From assembly GCF_004010195.1 (NCBI RefSeq), contig NC_057718.1:71585486-71649485 (forward strand): a DNA stretch of 64,000 nt. Direction: 5' to 3'. The position numbers and the translations under genes were made by a program. How positions within the stretch are numbered: position 1 is the first letter of the stretch; the number at the start of each line of letters is the position of its first letter. This document shows, in pieces, positions 1 to 13,124 of this stretch. The stretch comes from Chiloscyllium plagiosum (Eukaryota). The notes beneath the pieces are model-generated. The model made no database searches and was not told where the DNA came from. It saw only the letters and a list, made by a program, of their open reading frames with translations.

Positions 1-480
1 TGGATGGTTGATACCCTGTGATGGGGTGGCAGTTGAGTGGGTTGTTTTGCTCTGGATCATGTTTTGTTGGAGCTGCACCCATCCAAGTAATGAGTATTGC
101 AACAAGTTCCTGATTTGTGCCTTTTAGATGGTGAACAGGAATTGAGGAAATAGCAGTTATTCAACAGCAGTTACTCCCTCAGAATTCCTAGCTCCTCTCC
201 AAATTTTATAGCCATAGTACTTTTAAGGCTGATCCATTTGGTTTCTTGTCAATAATAACCCCAATGTTAGTGGAAGATTCAGTAATGGTAATGCTGCTGA
301 GCATCAAGTGGTGATGGTTATCAGAGATACTCAGTGCTTATCACTTGCATGCTACAGATCTTGATTATCTAATGCCTTCTATGGCAAATGTTTCTTGTCA
401 TTTGTTGGTCTGCACCTGGATGCTCTCCAGGTCTTGCAGCATCAATGATTGATTCAATAACTTGATGGTTGTGAATCCTG
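1..480 (-). mobile_element. Old degenerate LINE fragment (L2/CR1-like) in the WTAP last intron
   Basis: Resembles reverse-strand RT 3' region; no ORF left. Confidence 0.35.
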
Positions 481-870
481 CACTTGTCTTTGAACATACC
501 CACTTGGAATAGAGGGATAATGTAATAAATAGCTGGAACAAGTAGGGATGTTGTCTAATAATCTTGACAAATGTAATTTTTGAATAAATGTTCATTGAGT
601 CCTTATGAAGTAAAAATTATTTTAGGAAGATCCAAACTTTGACTTTTTAATAATCGAGAAACATTTTCATACTAATACTTTAATTGGATTTAAAATAGCT
701 TTTTTAGTTTATTCAAATTTAACATTGCTTTTAAAGGTAGTAATACTTTAGTTTTCTTGTGTGTTGCATGATTGTTGCAGCAGTATTTTCTCTGATATAA
801 AATGTCTTGATGTTTTCAAAAGATTCTCAACTCCCACTTAGTGATTTTTTTTATATCTATTTCTGTATAG

Positions 871-1472
871 AGCTGAATGATTTCATTATCCAGCTTGATG
901 AGGAGGTGGAAGGGATGCAAAGCACTATCATGGTTCTGCAGCAGCAGCTGAAAGAGGCACGCCAGCAGCTGGCTCAACTTCAAGGACAGCAGCATCATCA
1001 GGTGTTACTGTCAGGCACTAGTAGGACTCCAGCCCCTGAGCCTTCTACACAACGGGAAGGCATTACTAAAGACTGCAGCCGCCTTGTGAATGGACCAACC
1101 AATGGCGATTCATCCCCACAAGGGAGAGCTGCAGCTGCCTTTCAAGACCAGACCAATCTTTACAGAGAGTTAAGCAGCACAGAGGATGATTTCCTGTCAT
1201 CTCCAGGCAGTGGGAATAAACTTTCAAACCACAGTGAAGAAAGGTTGGACCAAGTAGGCAGCAGTAACGTGTATCAGCTAGGTGCTGGATATGAGAGTGT
1301 AGACTCCCCCACTGGTAGCGAGAACTCTCTTACTCAGCACTCAAATGACACAGACTCCATCAATGACCCTCAGGAAGATAAACCATTTGTTGTGAAAGGT
1401 ACCAGAACTATGGGTTCCCGCCACATTCAGAATGGGTTGGACTCAGTCAGCACAAAGGGGTCAGTTTTGTAA
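871..1472 (+). CDS. WTAP: Last coding exon of Wilms tumour 1-associating protein (m6A writer complex subunit)
   Basis: Pyrimidine-rich tract and AG at 869-870, then (E)LNDFIIQLDEEVEGMQSTI...GYESVDSPTGSENSLT...SRHIQNGLDS...GSVL-TAA, matching the vertebrate WTAP C-terminus; ORF-track residues before 871 are intronic. Confidence 0.97.
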
Positions 1473-2160
1473 CATTTAACAGGTGTTGTTTGCAATCTTT
1501 TTTATATAGTGTCTTTTTATTTGGCTGATGGCTGTTCAGTGACTGTTGAAGCTAGTGTGTAATTTTGTTTAAAATTCAGCTTTTGTGTTTTTGCTTTCTT
1601 GTAAAATTGTTGCTACTGTTTAAATTTTTTAAAGCATCATATTGTATTGGCTGTTATTGAAAGGATGTTGATACATGTAGACCTCAGCTATTTTTATATG
1701 ATTTAATCTGAATAAAATGTATTACTACAACTTTAATATTGGGGAGAAAAGTTGTGTAAAACTGGGGACTGTTGTGTACATCAGATATCTCGTGAAAAGC
1801 TATTGGCCCTTTTCCACAACTTTTGTACAGACCTGCAGCAAGTGAAGGTTGTACCAAGTATGTGTGATGATAATGTAAACTTGGCCGTAGCAGCTGTTAT
1901 TTTTCCAAAGGGAGTTTGGATGTTTTACTTGCTATATTCAGGTTTGCAGAGTCTATGTAGTTTGTTAACTACAATTTTTTTTCCACCATGCATATGTGTA
2001 CATTTTCCCCAGTGACAAGATTGTGTTCAAGAATTAGTGTACATTGTTACCCAGTTTCTAGACAAGAGTTGTTTCCTCTGTAACGCATATTCTGTGACAA
2101 TTTCCAGAAATCCCTCACCTGTACTGACCAAACTTAATAAAGTCTTTTAATATCCAATAT
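1473..2160 (+). terminator. WTAP: WTAP 3'UTR with two candidate polyadenylation signals
   Basis: U-rich repeat-free sequence after the stop; AATAAA at 1711-1716 and 2136-2141; exact end unknown. Confidence 0.7.
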
Positions 2161-3299
2161 TTTGAATTTTACTTTCGGCGAGTGATTTATTATGAAATAC
2201 ATGTCAAGGTGTTGCTGATTTGAACAAGTATATAATATTTCCTAAGATGACTTTCTCTTCTCACTTATTTGGACTTCCCAGAGAATAAGATAGCCTCACC
2301 ACATTTGAGGTAGCCACTGCAAGAAGTTGAGGGACTGATCAGGTTTTCTTCAGTTTTTTGCTGTTAGGTAGGAACTAAAATGAGGGACTAAGTTGTTTGA
2401 GGTACAAATCTTTGCATTGTAAATTACTATTATATTTAGAATAATGGTTCAAGTCGATGATTTATCCATAGAATCATAGAAACTTAAATTCAAGATGATT
2501 TTCTTTTAACCATGACTCTGGCAGTTTTTTGATACAACTCGTTAAACACATTACTGTATCTTAGCCACTCGTAGAATTCAACATTTGTTCAGTGTTCTGT
2601 AGTACGATGTCTAATGTAGGGTTGGTTACACTGAACTGAGAATAATGTTGAATTTTTAGGTGGTATTTCCCAGGCATTAGTTTATTTGCTTAAGCTATAA
2701 ATGTTTGTGTTACTGTTATCAATTATTGTTTAACACCACTTTCAGACAGAAATAACAACACAGGCACCATTTGTTCATATTAACATGCTCTCTTTGTTAC
2801 TAATCGTCAGTAATCAATAATCCTTAATTCTATGTACCTTTCTGATCCTTTTTGTTCATTCCAGCCTCTAACAAAATCTCTGCTTCAGTCACTAGCTCTT
2901 CATTCCAAGATCTGTGTTTAACGTAGTAATTTCTCCAGCTTACTGACATAATCCGCACATTCTATACTGCCTTTTTTTCTAGCTTTTTCAATCACAGTGG
3001 CATCCTTTTGAAATTAATCCTAGATTATGTGTTTGCTACTGACTGTCCAGATAAAATCTGTAGTTAGCTTGTCCGCAAGGTGTTCTAGAAGCACCACCTT
3101 CCTGATGCAGGGCCTATTTTTGGGACAAGCAGTGACAGTTTACAGCATGACACATTTCTCATGAATCCTTTTGACGTCACAAACTGAGGTGAGTTTTCAA
3201 TTGGCTGACAGGTAAGTTTTTGAAATAATTTTTAATTTCAAATAATTTGACATTTTAAAACTGTTGTAACATGGTTCAATAGTTTGCAGAGACAATAAT

Positions 3300-3440
3300 T
3301 ATGGGCAGTGTGGTAATTTGGTGGTTAGCATTTTTGCCTCAGTGCCAGAGTCTCCGGGTTTGATTTCAGCCTTGGGTGACAGTGTGTGGAGTTCGCACAT
3401 TCTGTGTCTGTGTGTGGGTTTCCTCTGGGAGCTCCAGCTT
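3300..3440 (+). mobile_element. Degenerate 5' fragment of tRNA-derived V-SINE
   Basis: gtggttagca...gtgtggagttcgcacattct...gtgggtttcctc similar to intact SINE copies in the window. Confidence 0.7.
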
Positions 3441-3764
3441 TTCCTCTTGCATCATCTGCAAGTCCCAGTTCTCTTTACCCTGACTTTTCTCCCTCCTGTA
3501 TCGCGACTCTTCTTTTGGCATTTCATTTCTAGTTTTGTCCCATTCATCCTGTCTCCTTTTCTAAAAGCCCCCACCCAGTGACTCCCAGTATTGTGACTAT
3601 TCAGTGTTGCCCAAACCGCACCCCCAGTTCCACCACCTCAGTCCCAGCTTGACACCAGCTTTCCTCCCTGCTAATCACTATTGTTGATGCTAATGCTGAG
3701 GAGTGCTTTTCCGCTCCTAAGTGCTATTTCGAACATGGGGACTGACGTGGTGGGATAAGGTTAA

Positions 3765-5960
3765 GAGTCGTAGAGGTCTATAGCACTTAGAAAGGCTCTT
3801 TGGCCTGTCAAGCCTGCACCAGAAAAGACAACTTTCTAACTATTTTAGTCCCACATTTCTCCACTTGGCCAATAACCTTGTAGACTTTAGCATCACAAGT
3901 ACATATTTGAACACTTAAATGTTGTGAAAATTTCTGATTCTAATGCTTAGAGTCATAGAATCATACAGCATGGAAACAGACCCTCTGGTCAAACCAATCC
4001 GTGCTGAACATAATCCCAAACCAAACTTGTCCCACCTGCCTGTTCTTGGCCTGTATCCCTCCAAAGCTTTTCTATTCATATATCTATCCAAATGTCTTTC
4101 CAATGTTGTAATTGGACCTGCATCCACCACTTTCTCAGGAAATTCATCTCAAATGTAAATGATTCGCCTCATGTCATTTTTAAGTTTGTCTCCTCCCACC
4201 TTTAAAAATGTACCCCAGTCTTGAAATCGCCCATCCTAGGGAAAAGACAACTATCATTAACTGTATACCTCTCATTATTTTATAAACATCTATCAGGCCA
4301 CCTATGCTTCAGCCCAAAAAAAAAGTCCCAGCCAATCCAGCCTTTTATTACTGAAACCTTCTATATCCGGCAACATCCTGGTAAATCTCTTCTAAACCCC
4401 AGTTTGATGTCCTTCCTGTAACTGAGTGACCAGAACTGGACACAATATTCCAGATAAGGCCTCACCAATGTCTTGTACAACCTCAACATGACTTCCCAAC
4501 TCCAATACTAAAAGGACTGAGCAATGAAGAGACATGTGCCAAAGGCCTTTTTTTCTAAACTACCCTGTCTATATGTGACGCAAACTTTAAAGAATTATGT
4601 ACCTGCACCCCTAGGTGCCTATGTTCTAAAACACTACCCAAGGCCCTACCATTAATTGTATAAGCCCTACCCTTATTTGTCGTATCCAAATGCAAAACCT
4701 CACTTTTATCCAAATTGAACTCCATCGTCATTTTTCTTTTGCCCATTGATCATTTGATCAAGATCCCTTTGTAATCTTAGAAAACCACCTTCAGTGTCCA
4801 CCAATTTTGGTGTTGTCAGCAAACTTACTAACTATACTATCTATATTCCCTTCTATATTCTCATCCAAATCATGTTCATAAATCACAAACAAAAGAGGAC
4901 CCAGAACTGATCCCTGTGGAACAGGGTCACAGGCCTCCAATCTGAAAAGTATCCCTCCACTGATTTATAAAATCATGAGGGTAGATAGACAAGGTCTTTT
5001 GCCTGGGTAGGGGGTGGGCCCAGAACTAGAGGACATAGGTTTAAGGTGAGAGGGGAAAGATTTAAAAGAGATGTAGGAGGCAACTATTTCATGCAAAGGA
5101 TAGTGTGTGTGTGTGGAATGAGTTGTTACAGGAAGTGGCGATGGCTGGCACAATTACAGTTAGAATGTGTCTGGATGGATATATGAACAGAAAGGGTTGA
5201 GAGGGATACAGTCCAAATGCTGGCAAATTAATTAGATTAATTTAGGATATCTGTACGGCATGGATGAGTTTGACTGAAAGTTCTTTTTCCATTGCTGTAC
5301 ATCTCAATGACTATTTCTCAGTCTCCTGCCATTAAGCCAATTATGTATCCAATTGGCAAGCTCCCCTTGAATCCCATGTGACTTAATTTTCCTAATTAAT
5401 CCACCATGCCTTGTCAAAGGCTTTACTAAAATCCAAATAAACAAGTCTACTGCACTGCCATCATCAGTCTTTTGGTACACTCCTCAAAAATCTCAATCAT
5501 GTTTGAGAGACAATTTTCCTTACACAAAACCATGCTGACTACCTTAATCAATGTTTTTTGTCTCTAAATGTCCAACAACTTACCCACTGAAGTCAGACTC
5601 TCAGGTCTATAGTTCCCTGGTTTCTACTTACAACTTTTCTTAAAGGTACAATATTAGCCACTCTCCAGTTGTCAGGCACAGCACCCATAGTTATAGATGA
5701 TGTAAATATTTCTGCAAGCTGTCTCTAATTTCCTCCCTTCTCACAATATTCTGGGATCCAATAGATTATCCACCTTCATATTCTTTTAAGACCTGGACTT
5801 CCTCTGCTGTAATGTGAACTGTTTATAAAACAACAGTTTATTCTTCTGCATTCTCTAGATTCCATTTCTTTCGGACAGTGAAAACTGACGCAAAATATTC
5901 ATTTTAGTATCTCTATCTCCTGGTCTTTGAGGCCCTACCCACTCTCTAGTTTCCCTCTTG
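3765..5960 (-). mobile_element. Nested CR1 LINE RT/3' fragments; a + strand CR1 3' end is inserted at ~4963-5313
   Basis: Translated CR1 RT motifs (MEFNLDKSEVLHL, RHLDRYMNRKALEGY) and CTATGACTC-type tails. Confidence 0.9.
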
Positions 5961-6004
5961 CTCTATTTGTTATTTTCTTGAACACATGATGACTTTGGGA
6001 TTTT

Positions 6005-6950
6005 TGAGAAAATTTGTAGCTCAGGTTGAGGTTCAGGTTATAAGTTTGCTTGCTGAGTTGGAAGATTTGGAAGACTGTTGGAATATTGCGTGCAATTCTG
6101 GTCTCCTTCCTATCGGAAAGATGTTGTGAAACTCAAAAGGGTTCAGAAAAGATTTACAAGGATGTTGCCAGGGTTGGAGGATCTGAGCTGCAGGGAGAGG
6201 CTGAACAGGCTGGGGCTGTTTTTCCCTGGAGCGTCGGAGGGGTGACTTTATAGAGGTTTACAAAATCATGAGTGGCATGGATAGGATAAATACACAAAGT
6301 CTTTTCCCTGGGGTCGGGGAGTCCAGAACTAGAGGGCATGGGTTTAGGGTGAGAGGGGAAAGATATAAAAGAGACCTAAGGGGCAACTTTTTCACGCAGA
6401 GGGTGGTACGTGCATGGAATGAGTTGCCAGAGGATGTGGTGGAGGCTGGTACAATTGCAACATTTAAGAGGCATTTGGATGGGTATATGATTAGGAAGGG
6501 TTGAGGGATATGGGCCGGGTGCTGGCAGGTGGGACTAGATTGGGTTGGGATATCTGGTTGGCATGGACGGGTTGGACCGAAGGGTCTGTTTCCATGCTGT
6601 ACATCTCTATGACTATCTGTTTTCAGATGTTTCATCTCTACTAGTTAACATCAATGAGCCTCTGGTCAATTGCTTGTGTTACGTCACACTTTATTTATGT
6701 GTCATAGTTTAAGGAGGTTGATATCATTTCCAGTTCTTTTTCTCAGAGGATGGTAAATAAGGTCTAAATCAATGTGTTTATTGATGAAGCTCCAGTGATG
6801 AATTCCTGTGCGTGTCTCTGTTTGGCCTGTCCTTGGATGGATCTGTTGTCCCAGTCGAACTGGTGTCCTTCCCCCACATTTAAGGATACTAGTGATACAT
6901 ATGACATTCTTCACCATCCAAACCTTAACACTTATGGTAGCCCCAGTCAG
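6005..6950 (-). mobile_element. Old Penelope-like fragment interrupted by a younger + strand CR1 3' end (~6075-6615)
   Basis: Minus strand reads GHQFDWD-like post-GIY-YIG sequence and a decayed terminal repeat; the CR1 insert reads MSGMDRINTQSLFP...FKRHLDGYM. Confidence 0.65.
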
Positions 6951-7065
6951 TGTTTGGAAAATTAAAATCCCCACCATAAACCTTATTATGCTTACATACA
7001 TCTCATATGTTTGTTTCTCAATTCTACGTATTTGTTTCTCAATTTCTCTCTTACTATTGCGGGAC

Positions 7066-7662
7066 TGTTATGGAGCAGGTCAGACACCCTCGAAACATTT
7101 CAAGAAAGTACCCCGGACTTTAATTTTGCTACTTGTTATAGCAGGTGGCTATAACAGGAGTGTTGTAGCTGGCCCAACCACTTACTTATAAACAAAACAA
7201 TTTATTTGCAAGATTACCGATTGAAACACTAACAAATGAGAACAGAATATAGAATAACCTAATCTATCCGAAAACCCAACAGACTATCCCAACTTAGTGA
7301 TGCATTCCAAATACTTGCAACAATCACCATAAACACCCCTTGGGGAAGAAAAGTTAAAATCAAACACAGGATCTTACAGGAGAGATGTCAGACAAAGGGA
7401 GGATCAGCATGGACTTGTTTCTTTGGGTCCAGCAGCTTCAAAATGATCTGCTTGTTAAAACCAAACCGAACTAGAGAAAAGATGAGCTGGCAGAATTGAC
7501 CACTCACCTTTCACTATACAAATTTGTTTAAAAACTTCAAAGCTTCAAGTAGACAAGCCCAGACATTTCGGAATCTATGCATTTTTTGACCCCTCTGAGA
7601 AAACAAAACATGGACAATAAACCTTGTTAAAGGAGCAGTATTGCCACAGGACATTTCATACA
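7066..7662 (-). mobile_element. Solo Gypsy-type LTR inserted in an old CR1 endonuclease region
   Basis: TGTTATGG...TTCATACA termini; left end resembles the Gmr1 LTR end at 52613; CR1 sequence on both sides. Confidence 0.65.
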
Positions 7663-9809
7663 ATCCCATCAAAGTGATCTTTCCTTTCTTATTTTTACCC
7701 ATATATTTTCACTGGATGTTTTGTTTCCGGAAAAATCTTGCCCTGTTACAGTAGTAATGTAGTAATAAGTAGTAATCAAAATGCCACCTCACCCCTTCTT
7801 GCCTCCTTTTCTATCCTACTTGTAGCATCTAAAACCTGGAATATTGAGCTGCCAGTCATCCCATCCTTCTCTCAGACAAGTTTCTGTGATGTCCCAATCC
7901 TACGTTCTTTATCAGCCTTACCTGTAAAACCCCTTGCATTGAAATAAATGCAGCTCTGAGAAAGTGAGGATTGCAAATGCTGGAGAGTCAGAGTCGAAAC
8001 GGGTGGTGCTGGAAAAGTACAGCAGGTCAGGCAGCATCCGAGTTGACGTTTTGGACATAAGCACTTCAGCAGGAATAATATTCCAGCACCACCCTTTTTA
8101 ATTTTGAAGAACTAAATTGCATTTATTTCAGAGTTACTACATATTCTGACACTTTTCTAATTGACATGCTTGCCTCCCATTCAGAACCTTTCCCATCAAT
8201 CCTTCTGTTCACGCTGCTACTTCACATTGCTACCATCTGTCAATATAAAATCTCCCTACTAAAATATTCATCCCTTTCTAATTTAGGTTAGACCCTATCC
8301 TTTTTGAACAGGTCTTTTCCATCCCAAAAGACATTCTAATTGTCCAAAAACCTGAATCCCTGAACAATACACCAGCTCTTCAGCCATTGATCTACCTCCT
8401 TTAACCTTTTGTTCCTTCCCTCATTTGATCATGGCATCAAATGAGGGAACCAGAAATTACAACTATTAATTACTTTTAATCTTCTACCTAATCTTTTAAA
8501 TTCACTATACTGCTTTAATCTTTTCCCCAAAAATGTCATTCCAACCAATGTGTGCAATAATTTCTGGCTTCCCAATTAACAATATGTTTGAAATATTGAG
8601 AGACGTCCTTAACCTTAACATCAGGAAAGCAACAAACCATCCTAAATTTATACTTACTGCCACAGAATCTCCTGTCTATGCCCCTGACAGAAAATCCCCT
8701 ATAACAGTTATTCTATGAAACCTTGTCAAATGCTGTTTAACATATACATCATTCCAAGTGTCCAATAACTGACTGTCCCTTGAATTTTCCTCTGAGAAGC
8801 TATCCCCTTTTTACAGTTCCAAATGCTGAATATCTGTTTGATAGAGAAATAGCCACTGATGACTTTTACGTAAGAACGTAAGAATCAGGAGTAGGCCATC
8901 TGGCCCTTCAAGCCCGCTCTGCCATTCAATAAGATCATGGCTGATCTTTCTGTTGCATCAGTTCCACTTACCTAACCTCACACCATAACCATTACTGTTC
9001 AAAACATTACCTATTCTAGTTTATAAAACATCTATGAGGAAGCCTCAACTACTTCACTGGATAGAGAATCCCACAGATTCACAACACTTTGGGTGAAGAA
9101 GTTCTTCCTCAATTCAGTCCTAAATCTGCTCCTTCTGATTTTAAGGCTAAACCCTCTTTTTCTAGTTCATCCCCCAGTGGACACATCCTCTCTGCTGCTA
9201 TCTTATCTATTCTCTTCATAATTTTATATGTTTCTTTAAGAACCCCCACTCCCCCATTCTTTTAAATTCCAATGAATATAATCCCAGTATATCAGTCTTT
9301 CCTCATAAGCCAATCCTCTCAACTCTGGAATCAACCTAGTGAACCTCCTCTGCACTCTCCCGTGCCAGTACATCTCTTCTCAGGTAAGGAGATCAAAACT
9401 GCATGCAATACTCAAGGTATGGCATCACTGATCTATGAAGATCTATAAGTCACTCGGTTCCACGATTGGTCAATTAACACACCTGTAAACGACTCTTTGT
9501 CTAACATGCAAACAATTGTTTATTGTATGTTACAGCGTTGGATTGGTAGACTCTGATTCGCCCAGAAATATGCAAACTTCTTGGCAATCAAAAGAATCCA
9601 ACAACCTTAGAGTTTGCATAAGGTTTATGTACATTTATCATCATCAGATATGGAGTATGATCGCACAGTTATAACCAAAAAATAATTATAATTACTTCAT
9701 GGGTAGTCATTTGAACCAATGATATTGATTCAGGCTTATGTCACCTTTTCACAGCTTGCAAAATGTGATTTAGTATTTCCTCTACATAGACACTCAGTTT
9801 GCAGGTGTT

Positions 9810-10108
9810 TAGATTTTAGATTACATTACAATGTGGAAACAGGCCCTTCGGCCCAACAGGTCCACACCGACCCGCCGAAGCGCAACCCACCTCTACATTT
9901 ACCCCTTACCTAACACTATGGGCAATTTAGCATGGCCAATTCACCTAACCTGCACATCTTTGGACTGTGGGAGAAAACCGGAGCACCCGGAGGAAACCCA
10001 CGCAGACACGGGGAGAATGTGCAAACTCCACACAGTCAGTCGCCTGAGGCGGGAATTGAACCCAGGTCTCTGGCGCTGTGAGGCAGCAGTGCTAACTACT
10101 GTGCCACC
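9810..10108 (-). mobile_element. tRNA-derived V-SINE (HE1-like)
   Basis: A/B-box head, V-domain (gggtttcctccgggtgctccggttt), CR1-like 3' end and TAATC tail. Confidence 0.92.
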
Positions 10109-10343
10109 CTCTGGGAGGTGTGGTTAGTATTTCCTCATCTCGCAGCTTGCAAATGTGGTTAGTTATTTATATAGCTTTAAGGACTAACTATAGGATTTCT
10201 ATATGGGAACCATTTTGTCCTACCCCCCAAACGTTATTTCAATTTTTTATTGGGAATTACATCAGTCTGCGGTTTCTTGTTTCTGTCTGTCCCAGTGCAA
10301 TCTAATATAGGAATGCAGAAGCTGTTTTGTGCACCTTGCAGAA

Positions 10344-10447
10344 GCCATTTTGCCTACCTCCCAGAGGCCCATATCCTGCCATTTTGTGCTACCTCCCAGA
10401 GGCCCATATCCTGCCATTTATTGCTACCTCCCAGAGGCCCATATCCT
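10344..10447. repeat. Three tandem 34-35 bp units
   Basis: gccatttt(g)..ctacctcccagaggcccatatcct x3. Confidence 0.95.
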
Positions 10448-11344
10448 CATCACCAGCACTCGATACAGCTGCAATGTAACCTCCCTGCTTTTAAACGTAA
10501 TGTCTTTAGCAATGAAAGACAAACTTCCATTTGCCTTAATTGCCTAATACACCTGCAAAGGTCCCTCTGCAGAGCACCATGCTTCAATTTTTTTGCCTTT
10601 CAAGTAAATCATTTTACTGTTATTCCTACCAAAATGGATGACTTCACATTTATCAACATTGTACTCCCATCTGCCAGACCTTTGTCCACTCACTTAAAGT
10701 ATCCATATCTGTTTGCAAATTTTCAGAGTCCTCTGCACACTTTGCTCTACCACTCGTCTTAGTGTCATCTGCAAACTTTGATGCAGTGCAGTGGTTCCCA
10801 ACTCCAAATCATCAATATAATTGCAGTCCCAGCTGATCCCTGAGGCTCACCACTGATTGCCAACCAGAAAAGCACTCCTTTATCCCCACTCCTTGCTTCC
10901 TGTTAACTAATCCTCTATCCATGTTAATACATTGCCTGTAATGCCATTGCATTATCTTATGCAGCACCTTGTGGAATGTGTTTTGGAAATCTAAGTACAC
11001 CACATTTACTGAGTCCCTGTTGTCCACTGTACTCATAACGTCTTCATAGAATTTCAGTATATTAGTTAAGCATGTCCTGCTGCATCTGACCAAAGGGACA
11101 ATTTATATCCAGTTCTTTTGATATTTCTTTCTTGGTGATAGATTCAAGCATTTTCCCAAATACAGAAGTTAAGCTATCCGGCCTCTATAATTCTCCATCT
11201 TTTGTCTACCTCCTTTTTCACACAGTAGTATCATATTTGCTGATTTTTCTGCTGGAACTGCCTCAAGAGTCAGTGAATTTTGGAATGTACCACGAGTGCA
11301 TTTGCTATTTCTCCTACCATCGTGTTGGGAAAGCCAGCATGAGA

Positions 11345-11826
11345 TTTTTTTTAGATTACTTACAGTGTGGAAACAGGCCCTTCGGCCCAACAAGTCCACA
11401 CCGACCCACCGAAGTGCAACCCACTGAGACGTGGGTTCATGGAATGCCCTGCCAGTAGCAGTGGTGGACTCTCCCTCTTTATGGGCATTTAAACGGGCAT
11501 TGGAGGATAGTGGGCTAGTATAGGTTAGGTAGGCTTGGATCAGCGCAACATCGAGGGCCAAAGGGCCTGTACTGCGCTGTATTTTTCTATGTTCTATGAG
11601 ACCCATTCCCCCATATTTACCTCTGCCCCTAACACTACGGGCAATTTAGCATGGCCATTTCATCTAACCTGCACATTTTTGGACTGTGGGAGGAAACCGG
11701 AGTACCCGGAGGAAACCCACGCAGACACTGGGAGAATGTGCAAACTCCACACAGTCAGTCGCCTGAGCCGGGAACTGAACCCGGGTCTCTGGCGCTGTGA
11801 GGCAGCAGTGCTATCCACCGTGCCAT
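11345..11826 (-). mobile_element. V-SINE split by a + strand CR1 3' fragment (~11430-11597)
   Basis: SINE tail 11345-11430 and body 11600-11826 are colinear either side of the insert. Confidence 0.88.
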
Positions 11827-13124
11827 CCATAGTGTCCAACACAGCAGTCCTCTGTCTTGCCAGGATACGGCAGATAGTCCTCAGGTCTTCTCTCCTGTCC
11901 GGCATATGTAGTCCACGTTTTACTGCCATACAGAAGTGTGCTTATGATGGAGGTGTTGTAGACTGACACTTTTGTCTTCACTGTCAGCTTGGGATTTGTC
12001 CATACTCTAGGCATGAGGCAAGCAAGAGTTGAGGCTGCTTTCCCGATCCTCTTGTCGATCTCTTTGTCCAAGGAGATGTTGTCAGTGATGGTAGATCCAA
12101 GGTATGTAAGCTGATGGATGACATTGATTTGTAGTCATCAATGGTGATGACTGGTGGTGCCTCGGTGTCCTGTCCCAGGATGCTTGTCTTCAGACTGATT
12201 GCCTCTCCCACGCTTGCAAGGATTTCAGGCTATTGGTGACTGGAGTTCCTGCTAGGTTACAACTGCAGCATCATCGGCAAACGCCATGTCCCTGATGAGT
12301 GCCGCACACTTTTGTCTTGTCTCTGAGGTGGGTCAGGTTGAAGAGCTGACCCACCTAGTGCATAGGTAAATCCTCTCTGTTGCGGTGCCAAAGGCATGTT
12401 TCAGGAGCGCAGCAAAAACAAATCCCAAAGAGTGTGGGAGTTGGGACACAGCCTTGTTTGATGCCACTGCGGATGTCGAAGGGCTCATAGGAACTGCTGT
12501 TGAACTGCACTGTCCCCTTGGTGTTACTGTGGAAGGATTCGATCATGCTCAGCAGTTTCAGTGGGCAGCTGATCTTCAGGAGAATCTTGAAAAGGCCGTT
12601 TCTGCTGACCAGGTCAAACACTTTGGTCAGGTTGATGAAAGTGACATACAGGGGCATTTTCTGTTCTTTGCACTTCTGCAGTTGCCGAAGGGAGAAGATA
12701 ATGTCTACTGTTGACCTTTTAACTCAGAAGCTGCACTGTGACACATTCTGCCAGTTTCTGCAGGTGAGTCAAGATGACCCGAGCAAAGGCTTTGCCGACG
12801 GTGTTGAGGAGAAAGATGCCTCTGTAGTTGCAGTCACTTCTTTCGCACTTGTTCTTGTCGAGGGCAATGATCTTGGCATCCCTCCTGGCCTGTGGTACAG
12901 CTCCTTCTTGCCAACACTGGCAGAGGACTTTATGCAATGGGAGCAGTAAGCTAGTCTTGCAGCATTTGATCTGATCAGGAGGAATCCCATGGCTACCTGG
13001 GGCCTTACCTGAGGTTAGGCTGTCAATGGCCTTGCTAAGCTATTCTAATGATGGCTTTGCGTCTAGCTCATCCACGGTCAGCAAGCACGTGATGGCATCA
13101 AGCACTGAAACGGACACTGTAACA

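Larger units (their letters stand above)
8870..11330 (-). mobile_element. Older CR1 LINE (RT and 3' end) with nested LTR-like insertion (~9430-10447) and SINE
   Basis: CLTNILKFYE, VYLDFQ motifs at 10812-11093; CR1 sequence resumes after 10450. Confidence 0.8.

Noticed and set aside
807..870. N-terminal part of the 221-aa ORF
   Set aside because: Intronic polypyrimidine tract upstream of the WTAP splice acceptor
10344..10447. CRISPR-like array
   Set aside because: Head-to-tail repeats with no spacers in vertebrate DNA
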